DNA of 64,000 bases from Hormiphora californensis (Eukaryota; Animalia; Ctenophora), in NCBI GenBank assembly GCA_020137815.1, contig CM035357.1:3286001-3350000 (forward strand), written 5' to 3'. Positions 1-11,700 of the stretch are shown here, piece after piece. The notes below the pieces were generated by a model. It was not told where the DNA came from. It saw only the letters and a program-made list of their open reading frames with translations, and did not search any database. Positions within the stretch are counted from its first letter, which is position 1. Each line of letters starts with the position of its first letter. Made by a program: the position numbers and the translations under genes.

Positions 1-8
1 CTTGATTG

Positions 9-1901
9 ATGCTATACAAAGTTGCCTGTTCAGCGATCAAATCACATCATATTCATCGTTATACCTCTCTCACTCTCTCCTCTGTGAATGTGTCAACTAC
101 CGCCAGAATGAGAAACGATCAAAACTCCGCTGCTGCAATTATTAAACCTGAGCCCAAGAAACGGTCTCTAAAGCGGTTACTGTCCCTGCTTCTTCCTGAA
201 AAGGCCAGCTGTATCGCTGCTGTTGGGCTGCTTGGTGTCAGCACTGGTGTAACGCTCTCTGTTCCCTTGTGTGTTCAGAAAACGGTGGATGCCATTTTCA
301 AAACCGAAGAAACAAGTGGTATATTTCAAGGGGTGCCATTTGAGAATGTCTGTCTCATGTTCGCTGGGTTGTTTGCTGTTGGTGCGGTAGCTAATGCCGG
401 ACGGATCTGGTTTATTCAGTCAGCCAGTTGTAGGGTTGTGAAGGACCTCCGTCTAGACGTCTACAGCTCCCTTCTTCACCACGACATGACGTATTTCGAT
501 GCAACATCTTCTGGAGAACTGGTTAACCGACTCAGTGCAGACTGCCAACTCGTCGGAGATGTCCTAACCCAAAATGTCAGCGATGTTCTCCGATCCTTTG
601 GGCAATCGTTTGTTTCTATCGGACTGATGATTTACGTGGCTCCAGATCTGGCATTAAGAGCGGCCGCCATTGTCCCCTCAATCATGATCGTTGCCCTCTG
701 TGCGGGCAAGTTCGTCCGGAAAATCTCCAAATCTCTCCAGGATAACCTTGCTGCTGCGACTTCTCGAGCCGAGGAAGGATTTTCTGGAATCAAAGTCGTG
801 AAGGCGTTCGGTGCTGTTGACCAGGAGATAAGGTCCTACGAGGGGCGCTTGGGGAATATCCTAAGTCTGGGCTACAAATCAGCTGCTGTTAACTCCGTGT
901 ACTGGTCATTTCTGGGTGGATCAGGAAACATGGCACTCCTAATTGTGCTGTATAGTGGGTACAAACTAAGCATGACGGGTGCCATATCACCTGGTACCCT
1001 CACTGCGTTCCTACTCTATACTGTGTACAGTGGAATTGGGGTAGCAGGCCTGGGAAAGGCATACGGTTCACTCATGTCCGGGGCGGGTGCGGCTGATAGA
1101 TTGTTTGAGATTGTCGATAGACAGGTCCATAAGCAGGCATCGCTACCAACAATCCCTGTAGAGAATTTCAGGGGTGATATTACTTTTAGTGACGTTGTAT
1201 TTCGTTACCCATCCCGACAAGAGGAGTTGATTTTGAACGGGTTTTCAGAAGTTTTAGACAGACAGAAAACTACAGCTGTTGTGGGTAGCAGCGGTAGTGG
1301 AAAATCAACAATTTCCTGGCTTGTAACCGCTCTTTATAACGCTGAGAATGGAACCATTAAAATTGGTGATTACAACATCAGAGATATCCCTGCGAATCAG
1401 CTAGCCGGTAGAGTTTCTATTGTCCCACAGGAACCACCTCTGTTTACTGGGAGTATCTATGATAACATTGTGTTTGGATTAGACACGTACACTGATGAGC
1501 AAGTCCAACGAGCTGCCTCAATTGCTGATGTCCTCTCCTTTACTGACAATTTCCCGGATGGTCTGGGGACTGAGGTTGGTGCCAAGGGTAAAGCTCTCTC
1601 AGGGGGTCAGAAGCAACGGATAGCAATTGCACGTGCAATCGTTAGAAATCCAGACATTTTGATATTAGATGAAGCTACAAGTGCCCTTGATACGGCTACT
1701 GAGAGCAAAGTTATGGACGGTATTGGAAGTCACGTGAACTGTACCACAATTATAATAGCCCACAGATTATCAACCATTTTGAAGGCTGATAAAATTGTAG
1801 TTCTGCACAAGGGCAAGGTGAGGGAGGTTGGGGATTATGAGACCCTTGTTGCGTCCGGGGGCATGTTTAGTGATCTGGTAAAACTACAGGAAAGTGCCTA
1901 A
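9..1901 (+). CDS. ABCB10: Mitochondrial ABC half-transporter, ABCB10-like (intronless)
   Basis: TMD plus NBD: Walker A GSSGSGKS, signature LSGGQKQRIAIARA, Walker B ILILDEATSALD, H-loop IAHRLSTI. GELVNRLSAD..NVSDVLR resembles ABCB10/Mdl1. Basic/hydroxylated N-terminal presequence. First ATG at 9 follows an in-frame TGA. Confidence 0.85.
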   Translation: MLYKVACSAIKSHHIHRYTSLTLSSVNVSTTARMRNDQNSAAAIIKPEPKKRSLKRLLSLLLPEKASCIAAVGLLGVSTGVTLSVPLCVQKTVDAIFKTEETSGIFQGVPFENVCLMFAGLFAVGAVANAGRIWFIQSASCRVVKDLRLDVYSSLLHHDMTYFDATSSGELVNRLSADCQLVGDVLTQNVSDVLRSFGQSFVSIGLMIYVAPDLALRAAAIVPSIMIVALCAGKFVRKISKSLQDNLAAATSRAEEGFSGIKVVKAFGAVDQEIRSYEGRLGNILSLGYKSAAVNSVYWSFLGGSGNMALLIVLYSGYKLSMTGAISPGTLTAFLLYTVYSGIGVAGLGKAYGSLMSGAGAADRLFEIVDRQVHKQASLPTIPVENFRGDITFSDVVFRYPSRQEELILNGFSEVLDRQKTTAVVGSSGSGKSTISWLVTALYNAENGTIKIGDYNIRDIPANQLAGRVSIVPQEPPLFTGSIYDNIVFGLDTYTDEQVQRAASIADVLSFTDNFPDGLGTEVGAKGKALSGGQKQRIAIARAIVRNPDILILDEATSALDTATESKVMDGIGSHVNCTTIIIAHRLSTILKADKIVVLHKGKVREVGDYETLVASGGMFSDLVKLQESA

Positions 1902-2121
1902 TATAAAAAGTGTGTTTGATACTTTGATGTGTTTTGGTTTATTTTTTCGAGAAAAATATAGGTTGATATATAAAAATCATGATGTACGTGATGACGAATT
2001 TATTTTGGAGAAAGTTACGTTGTGTATCTTTATTTTGAGTAACACTCTTTCTAAAAACTTGGTGCTTTTGATCTGCTTTTGTGTTCTGATTGTACCCATC
2101 CCCAAAGTTACCATTTTACCA

Positions 2122-2241
<120 letters not shown>

Positions 2242-2317
2242 TTTGCCACTCCCTACTCTACTCCTCACCCTTCTTATCTTTACTAATGATCGCTCCCATC
2301 TTTTCACAGGAACAGCC

Positions 2318-4150
2318 ATGGTCAAAAAGCCGACTGCAGGAAAGGCTGGGAAATACGGTAGGAAACCAGCCGGTAAAGCAGATGGCGGAAAACCTGGTGG
2401 AAAACCCGGTGGTGGAGTGAAAAAGCCAAAGAAAATGACTAAAAGTAAGCCACCTACCACAATCAAAAAGGCTCTCGTCTCAAAGGAGGTCATGGAAGCC
2501 CTGAAGGAGAACCGGAAGGAGAAAAAGGAGAAAAGAGAGGAGAGTAAGGGTACTGATAAGAAGAAGAGAAAGTTCTCAAAAACAGTAGAGAAGAAAGAGC
2601 CGAAGGAGAACTTGACTGGAAAGCGGCTGAAAAAAGCGAGGCAAGCTTTCGATAACCAAGAGTACGAGGTGACGGTGAAAGTGAAAAAGTTGTGGGAGAA
2701 AGCCCGTGAGAAGGGTTTACCAGTTGACAAAAAGCAGGAAATTATCACTGAAATCAAGGGACTCATCGAGGGAAAAGTATCATCTCTGATCTTCAAACAC
2801 GATCTCGCTCGAGTGTTCCAGTTAATCCTACGAGAGGGGGAGAGTGTTCACAATACCTTCATTATTGAGGAACTGAAGCCTCACGTAATGGAGCTGGCTA
2901 AATCAAAATACGGCAAATTCACGGTGAAATGTATGCTGAAGCACTGCTCGGTTGCCCAGCGGAATATCATTTTCAAAACTCTGACCGGACATCTGAAGAA
3001 GTTGACCCTCCACGCACACGCTGTAACTGTTGTTGATACCTTCTACAACGAGTACGCAACCAGTGAACAACGAACTGCCATGGTAACAGAATTCTACGGA
3101 AAAGAGTTTTACATCTTCAGAAGTACACTCTCGGAGCACCTCTCAAAAGTTCTCGAACAGTATCCCAACAAAAAGGAGACTCTTCTCACGGAGCTCCTGT
3201 CCCTAACTCAAACATTTATTGAGAAGGGGCTAACTGGGTATATTATTGTACAACATCTCATGCTCCAATACTTCCTGCATGGACCCACTGAAACCATTCA
3301 AGAGCTGATATCGGAGAAACTATTGGACCAGCTTCCAAACATAGTCCACACAAAAGAAGGTAGCAAGATCGCACAGAGGTGTATCTGGTATGGCAAGGTT
3401 AAGGACAGGAAAATGATATTGAAGAGCTTCAAAGGTCACGTGAAAGACATGGCATGTGACCCTCATGGGTACCTGGTTCTGTGCGCCATATTTGATACGA
3501 TTGATGATACGGTGATGGTCAGGAAGATGGTTCTGAATGAGGTCCAGAGTGAGCTAGATGGGATTGTTATGAGTGTCAGTGGGCGGAAGCTGTTGAAATA
3601 TCTGATTGCAGGGAGAGAGAGTTCACAGACTCACAGCCAGGTGATCGAGAGTTTAAAAGTTGGCGAGGACAACACAATTTCTAAGAAAGATCCAGAGGTA
3701 CGACGGCAGGAAATCCTAAAATCAGTCGCACCCGCGGTGGTTAAATACTGTGTTGAGAATGTTGAGAGTTTACTCCTGGACAACTCGACTGCATCTCTCA
3801 TTCCCATGGTGGTCGAACACGCAGGTGGTGAGGTGGGTGAGATTCTGACAGCTCTCATTTCACACCTCACCACGGAGACGATGGAGAGTTATCCAGTTCA
3901 TTTTACCCTCAAAAAGATTCTCAAGATTGAGGGGAACAAGTTGGGAGAGATGTTGATAGGACAGGTTGATACTGAGACTGTGTGTGGATGGGTAAATTCT
4001 AACAGGGGAGCATGGACTGTGCTGAGAGTGTTGGAGTGTGCGGAGGGTGAGGGTAGCGACGGGTTGGTGGCTGCGTTAAAGAAGGTCGGAGTGGACATTT
4101 TTACAGAGTCAGCGGGTAGGGATGCCCTGTTTGAGTTTTTAAATAAGTGA
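2318..4150 (+). CDS. PUM3: Pumilio homolog 3 / Puf-A / Puf6 (intronless)
   Basis: Lys-rich N-terminus, then KKLWEKAR, FKHDLARVFQ, LAKSKYGKF, IVHTKEGSKIA, KDRKMILKSFK, FDTIDDT, SKKDPEVRRQEI motifs. The likely ATG is at 2318, after the acceptor ttttcacag; the ORF extension to 2090 is microsatellite. Confidence 0.9.
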   Translation: MVKKPTAGKAGKYGRKPAGKADGGKPGGKPGGGVKKPKKMTKSKPPTTIKKALVSKEVMEALKENRKEKKEKREESKGTDKKKRKFSKTVEKKEPKENLTGKRLKKARQAFDNQEYEVTVKVKKLWEKAREKGLPVDKKQEIITEIKGLIEGKVSSLIFKHDLARVFQLILREGESVHNTFIIEELKPHVMELAKSKYGKFTVKCMLKHCSVAQRNIIFKTLTGHLKKLTLHAHAVTVVDTFYNEYATSEQRTAMVTEFYGKEFYIFRSTLSEHLSKVLEQYPNKKETLLTELLSLTQTFIEKGLTGYIIVQHLMLQYFLHGPTETIQELISEKLLDQLPNIVHTKEGSKIAQRCIWYGKVKDRKMILKSFKGHVKDMACDPHGYLVLCAIFDTIDDTVMVRKMVLNEVQSELDGIVMSVSGRKLLKYLIAGRESSQTHSQVIESLKVGEDNTISKKDPEVRRQEILKSVAPAVVKYCVENVESLLLDNSTASLIPMVVEHAGGEVGEILTALISHLTTETMESYPVHFTLKKILKIEGNKLGEMLIGQVDTETVCGWVNSNRGAWTVLRVLECAEGEGSDGLVAALKKVGVDIFTESAGRDALFEFLNK

Positions 4151-4848
4151 AATGTGCAGTGAGATATGAAGGGTAATTTATTTTGACAGGATGGGGGGAC
4201 GTGTGTGTTTTAAAGAGGACTACTCTGTCTGTTTACCATCTTCTACTCTGTTGTGTTCAGCGTAATTTATTCATTTTAACAAAATCGCTGTTTTTCAATC
4301 GTGTCTTTCCCATTTCATTTCATTGCACGGTAAACCACGGTTCAGGGTCGGTCCTTTTGGGTCCAAGTTGCGTGTATAATATAGCACTATTACACGTCCA
4401 TTCATCTCCCAATTACAGATGTGAGTAGAGAACTTGAGCTTCTCTGTGTATACCAGTGTATACTTTATAATGGCGCAATACTTAATCACTTCCTTCTAGA
4501 CAGAATCTTCTCTCTCATTTACATACTATAACTGTCTCTTTCGCATGTCATATATTCTGTACAATCTCCCATACGCCATGGTCATTGTTCTGTCACACAT
4601 ACACACTTGACAGGTCTCTCAGTTACCAAGTAGTATTAGACAATTTTAACCGGTTATCTAAGTTTTCACAGTACACCGTTTCCGGTGGTTAAAGTGTACT
4701 GTGAAATTTTAGACCACTGCAAAAACACTAGTAATTATAAAGTAAAATACCGCTGCAGTGGTATGTGAAAAATTAAACACTTTCTAGTCACACGCACACA
4801 GTGTGAACATTACAAACATTACAAACTGAGTGAACGGGATAAAGATTA

Positions 4849-4949
<101 letters not shown>

Positions 4950-5098
4950 TAGGAAAAGAGAGAATCGAAGGCAGAGAGGGAAAGCAGATGCAGGACGCTC
5001 ATTGGTGTGGTGCCATCACGTGACGATCACGTGACCTATAGTTGCAGAGGGGAAGAAAAGATAAGGGTTAGGGCGTGTGCAGTAGTGACTACTGCACA

Positions 5099-5186
<88 letters not shown>

Positions 5187-5257
5187 TTCTCTTTCTCTCT
5201 CTCTCACTCAATCTTTATCTCTTTCACTCAGTTTGTTTCCAAAATCATCTAATAAAA

Positions 5258-5527
5258 TTAGATGACTGCTTTTACATGCTCTATTACACAACAATAATGT
5301 TAAAGATTCTTTCACTTTTAGGCCTCGCAGGCTCGGCCCAAAAGTACAACTACAGAGCTCGCAGGCTCGCTCAGTAGTTACACTTAGCGTGCCTCGCAGG
5401 CTCGGCAGCTAAGTAAAAGGATCTACCTCGACCTGTCGGTCTCGGTTCATTATTGTTGTATTTAGAGCACTCGGCCTTCGGCCTCGTGCACTAAAAAGTA
5501 ATAGACCATTTTAACCAGTCATCTAAT
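5258..5527. mobile_element. Short non-autonomous TIR-type repeat
   Basis: ttagatgactg ... cagtcatctaa inverted ends with internal ctcgcaggctcg repeats. Confidence 0.4.
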
Positions 5528-5723
5528 CATATAGTAGACCTACCAGCAATACAATCCCACTACAAATCAACTACAATTCAACTACAATTCCACTACTCTT
5601 AGTAGTTATTACCCAACATATAATCCCATTTTTGATGATTGATGATACTCAAACATAACTCATTCCTCTCTCTCTCTCTAGAAATGTGAATCTAAAAGTA
5701 ACCCCCGGTTGTACACCACTATA

Positions 5724-8700
5724 ATGAGTACGAGTGAGAGTGAGCTGTTGGTGGTGCTGGTTGACCTCCACCCAGTATGGTGGGCTGATCACAAGCTCAG
5801 TGAGGTGGTCCAGAGCGTTCTTGTGTTGCTGAATAGTCACCTTCTTAACAACCCTCTCAATCAGGTAAAGTTGTGTTTGTCATTCCTGAGATAATCACCG
5901 AGTCATTACATCAACTAATTGATCATGAGACTCATATCGAACGTTGCAACACATGAACTTATTATCAATGGATTAGTTATTCATAGGATCATGATACTTC
6001 TTTTCCTGCTATCCTCCCCCCCCCCCCTCAACTAAGCCTCTATCGTTCTTCTTGCTGAATCAGGTTGCTGTATACGGTTACCTCCACTAACCCTTATCAT
6101 TCTCCTTGCCCCATTGCAGGTTGCTGTATACGGTTACCTCCACTAACCCTCTATCCTCCTCTCCCTGTCCCACCAGGTTGCTGTATACGGTTACCTAAAC
6201 ACGGGTGTCCACATGCTCCACCCTACCCCCGATTCAACAGTCACGGGAGAGTGCAAGAGTGGAAAGTTCGAGGGATTTGATCAAATGAACACCCAGTTGG
6301 TGCTAAATGTCAGGGATATTGTGCTGGGATGTGATGAGCCCGAACCACACCAGGCCGTAGATGGTGAGTTGTGTGTCACGTGATGCCCATATATGGAGTT
6401 GTGTGTCACGTGATGCCCATATATGGAGTTGTGTTGTAGGCCCTGTTGGTGCCTCTCTTGTTCCTAATAAACACACTTTAAAATGTATGTCCCTTTTTCT
6501 GTATAATCTCATTTTTGAATGCATAATGACATTTAGAATTTGGATAGATGCAAGTGAAAAAACGACCGTTTCACAACAAGGGTTGTAACATAGATATTGT
6601 GTTAGTCAGGATTCTGAACTCAGCCTTACTGCCAACAAAAAAAACAGGTTAAAAGAACCACAGTACTTCCACTGAGAGAAATCTAGCTCACTATAGCTCA
6701 CTACAACAAAACTCACTATCGCTTTGGGTTTATCCGCGGTTTACATTTCTCCCGGAGATTTAAATGACCGCTTTTTGGCTCTGGGTTTTACTTGTCGCCG
6801 AGGTCAACTCACTTTAATTGCTGACAGCTATATATATCCATACAGTTTTAATATCTCTCTCAGATAAAACTAAGTATCTGACAATGTCATTACTTCTACA
6901 TGTGACACACGTAATGACCGTTGTGGGGTAAACTGAATACTAAATACTAGTTGAGATATCTTCCCCTTTTTGTTTGGCTGTCTTGGCAGTACAGGACTTT
7001 TGAAAACCTTTAAAATGTGTCCTAATAAAGATCATAGGGGGAAGAAGGAGATGAGAGAGAGAGAGAGAGAAGCGAGAGAGTAGAGAGAGAGACAGAGCGG
7101 AGAGGAGAGCGCGAAAGAGAGATAGACGCGGAGGTAAGGAGAGAGCTAGAGGATATGTGAGTGAGAGCTGATAGAGAGAGTTACTAGATAGTAGATAGAT
7201 GGATAGATAGCGCGAGGCGTAGATAGCGAGAGGTAGGAAGCTCTATCGTTAGATCGTATCTCTATATCTCTCTATCTCGCAAACCTATATCTCTATCTCT
7301 TTCTCTCTCTCTCTCCTCTCTCTCTCTCTTCTTCTCTACCTCTTTCTCTGTTGTGCAAGGGGGGGCCGGCTGAAGTTTTTGAAGTTTGAAGTTTTCCACC
7401 CTACTTTTTGAGTTTTTGAAGTTTTTGAAGTTGACTTCAAAAACTTCAAAAACTTCAAAAACTCTAAACTAATTTTATATGCTATCAGTGACTATTATTA
7501 CACTTGTTTAGGTTAGTTTCATGCTTAATACATATTGTGGCAAAGTTATCCGTCCTTGTCTGCCCTTTTTCTACCACAAATTAGGATATTTACAATGATT
7601 ACTAGCCATGAAATCCATGGCACAATTTAGTGTAAAAAATTTAAATTTTTTGTAAAAACAGATTTTATTTTCATTCTATAACTCAAAAAATTGCCTAGAA
7701 AATGCTAAGAAAGTGTTTAAAAATTATGAAGTAAATTTTCAAAATTTTTTTTGGGGCCACACCCTTTTTGCCAGTTTCACAAAATGCAAATTTTTTATGA
7801 AGGGAGTAGTGAAAAAGATATGGACACCAAAATCATCAGCGGCCTCGAGTTAGTGGGGGTACGTGCCAAAATGAAGTCTCCACCTCATCTAATTCGAGGG
7901 ATAATGGGATATTTTCATAATTGTGTGTGTGCGCATGACTTTTTTTGGGCTAGACCAGTTTTTATGGTTTATGAGTGACTATAAGCTTTTTAAAGGGGTG
8001 CATCTTGTTCGGAATATGCAAGTTTATATACGAGTTATGAAGCAACATAGGGCCTATCTCCAACGGTTTAGGAGATAAGAGTTTTTGAAGTTTTTGAAGT
8101 TTTTGAAGTTTTCCACCCTAAGTTTCTCTTTGAAGTTGACTTCAAAAACTTCAAAAACTTCAGCCGGCCCCCCCCCCCCCATGGTAACACATTGGTTACG
8201 AAGTTACCCCTTGCCAGCGCGCGCGAAGGTGTCTTCGATACCAAGGTGTCTTCGTTGGTAACATAGGGCATTGCGATAGTAAGGCACGTTTTAGCGTGCC
8301 CGCAATGTAGGGGGAACTGCGTTACCAAGCCCGGTGGCACGCCAATTTGAAGCTGCCGGGAATGGCCAGAGAATAACAAAAAAGTTGCCGATTTTTCAAT
8401 TTCACGATTGTAACAATCCTTGTTAAATTTTACCAATTACCGACCAATTATACCAATTAGCTCCTTTAATTGACCCCGGAGAACTTCGAAAAGTAACTCA
8501 TGTGATTCAGCGTATAAAAATTAGTGGGGATAGTGGGCAATGACATGAGTAATAGCCCATTCTAAAAAGTTGCTAATTACCGGCTAATTATGCCAATTAG
8601 CACACTTAATTGACCTCTGAGGTGATTAAAAAGTAGCTCACGTGATTCAGCGTCCCAAAATTAGTGGGGTTAGTGCTAAAACTTGATTAATTTAGAAAAT

Positions 8701-11700
8701 TTCAATTTTTTATTTTCCGGCAGGAAATCGTCAACTTTCCCTCCCCATTCCTAAGGAATATTCGAGGAATAAATATCGGCATGCCGATTTTTTAAAATAC
8801 AGATTCAATGAAGTTAGAACTGATCTCTGGTGATTTCATCCACATTTTTAATTTAAAAGGACCAAATGGAGGCATGCGTCCCCAAAACTTCGCACAATTG
8901 TGAAAAATACGAATGTGTACTGAAACACAAGGATTGTTTCTATCCTGAAATTTAAACATGGTCGCCGGCTAAAATCTTGCCGAAATTTAGGTCAACAGAG
9001 CTGACTTGCCGGAAGGAATGCCATTCCTAGATTCCTCACATTGTGCCACCGGGTTACCAAGTGTCTTCGATACCAAGGTAACACAGTAGTAGAGCTGCTG
9101 ATCCGATCCTATTAGGATTATCCTAACTAAACTGGCGTGAAGAACAAAAAGAATAAGGTGTAGAAGTCAAGAAAGATTGAAGTGGCCAATAGTTTATGAG
9201 GCGCATAGGATAAGGATGATTGGTGATATAAACTGGTCACCAAGCCCCCCCCCCCCCCCCCCCCCCGTGACCTCTAGTCTCCGGTTTAGCACCATTTAGC
9301 AATATATATATACCTTGGGTTGGTTATTTCGGAAGTTCGGGGTATGACATGCGGTGGTTTGATCTTCTGATGGTGTTTGTGTATTTGTGTCTTTGCTTTG
9401 TACAGTTGTGTACTTGCCGTTGTTTGTATCCACTATAATATCAGCGAAAGTTATGCTATGGCCCGAGGCTTTGTGTAACCTCACTGCATCCCCTTTGCTG
9501 TGACACAAAAATGTGTAAATTTGGTCTCTCTGGGTGAGACCTGAGGAGATCTGGAGGGTTCCACACAACTTCTGACTGGTTCCATTTGCAAAAACAGATA
9601 CCATCAGAATTCAGATTGTTATGACCTTCTCTACACATATTCCAATTGGACATAGAATAAGGTGTAGAGGTCAAGAGAGATTGGAGTGGCCAAAAGTTTA
9701 TTCTTGCTATCACTATGACATCAGAAATTGGGATGAACCTGGTGCAATAGAACGTCGATAGTAGCAACAGCACATATATCAGGAAAACAGATCTGAATAT
9801 GATGACTGAGTCGACACAACATTCACTGCCGAATGGTTAGACCAAGCTTCCGCTGAATAAGAATTTGTGGCAGGTCGGAAGAATCTCGACACCGAAATAT
9901 ATATGTATTTCAAATACATATGTATTTCAAATACACATGTCTATTTCAACTGAAATATATATGTATTTCAAATATATATGTATTTCAAATGCTAATGAGG
10001 GGGATGGACATATGATACGATTCTGGAACGCCTTATTAGCAGTGGGAGACAATACGGGATATGAACCATGTGATTCGGGGAAGCTTATTAGCAGTAGGAG
10101 ACGATACGAGATATGGTCACGGTCAAAAAGTCTGCTGAAAATCGATATATTTTTGAATTTACTCAATCGTGGATAAGATCATCTCCATGGACAAATTTTC
10201 CGAACTCAACCCACTCAAAATTGTTCAAATCATACTACTTACTAAGCAAATTGTGTAACGGAGATCACCTAGCAACTACACTTGCACGTGCAATTATTAG
10301 AGGGACTTGGAGGCCTAAAGAGTTTCAAACTTTCATCAACTACAACGTAAAACTATTTATTGAGTGAAAAAAGGCTAAAATACAGGGAATAAGATCGGGA
10401 GTGCTTATAAATTAAAGGACAGCATATACTTCGGAAACTAAACTGGCTATCATCCACTCAACACATCTCTAACAATAGAATAATACTAACAATATCAATC
10501 ATCCATCATGGTCGTAAGTTCACCTGTCCGTATTGTTTGTGCATTCATTGTGTATAGTTGATATTGTGAATGTAATTGATTATTTAATAATTAAGAGTAA
10601 GACAAGACATAGCTTGAGAGTGTGCCCCAGACAGACCAACATACGATAAATATCAACTCAGACCAAGACCCTCTCAAAGGCAAAATGTTACCTACCCGAC
10701 CAAGACCCTCTCAAAGGCAAAACGTTACCTTTTTCAAGAACAAGACCCTCTCAAAGGCAAAATGTTACCTACCCGACCAAGACCCTCTCAAAGGCAAAAC
10801 GTTACCTAACGGACCAAGATCCTCTCAAATGTTCCAGAAATTTAAACCATGAGTCTCTTTCTCTCCCAGGGGAGAGAAAGGGACTCAGCGCCATAGTTGC
10901 CACATACCCGGGTTGGTATGGAGGTTTGCTGAGCGTATCCCATGGTTTAGTGACAAACAAACAAACAAACAAACAAATTGTGTAACGGAGATCACCTAGC
11001 AACTACACTTGCACGTGCAATTATTAGAGGGACTTGGAGGCCTATCTGCCGGTTGTAGTTGGGTACCAAGGGCCAATTCAATTCTGCACGTGCATTCTTT
11101 TACTTCTGTCCTGATGTCTAGCTCTTCCACCCCAAGCGCTATTCGGCAACGGTTATATAGGTCCAGAAGATCTGCTGCTGTCAGGGAGCAGGCTAGAGAA
11201 TATGACAGATTACGCCAACGTGTTCAAGCGAGCCAATCAACGGACAACGACTACGGATAGCTTTACCCAACGTCGCCCAAGGGTGATTACTCGGGGATTA
11301 CTCCAGTCGAATATAGAAATCTCCGAATCGGCTACATAGCGGCGAAGTTTTCACGTGATGAGTTTCTGGAACAGCACTGCACCTCCATGACATTGATCTC
11401 TTAAATTCTCACCTTGACATTGTCAGGAGACAGGAAGCCCAGAGCGTACAACAACATGGGTAGGGAGAAAGTGAGATATAGGCTAGGAACGGATGGTGCA
11501 TGTGATGTCAGCGTTCCCTAATCCAGCTACCATTTCCCCGAAATTCGCCCGTAGGGCGAACGGGCCTACTAGTTTTATTAATCTGAAAAGTCCAATTTAA
11601 TTGCTTTATCTGTTTCTCTGTAATCAGCACTTAAAAAGTGTGGATAACAAATCGTGTGGATAACGGGCTCAACCGCATGATGATCGTGCTAGCAATTTGA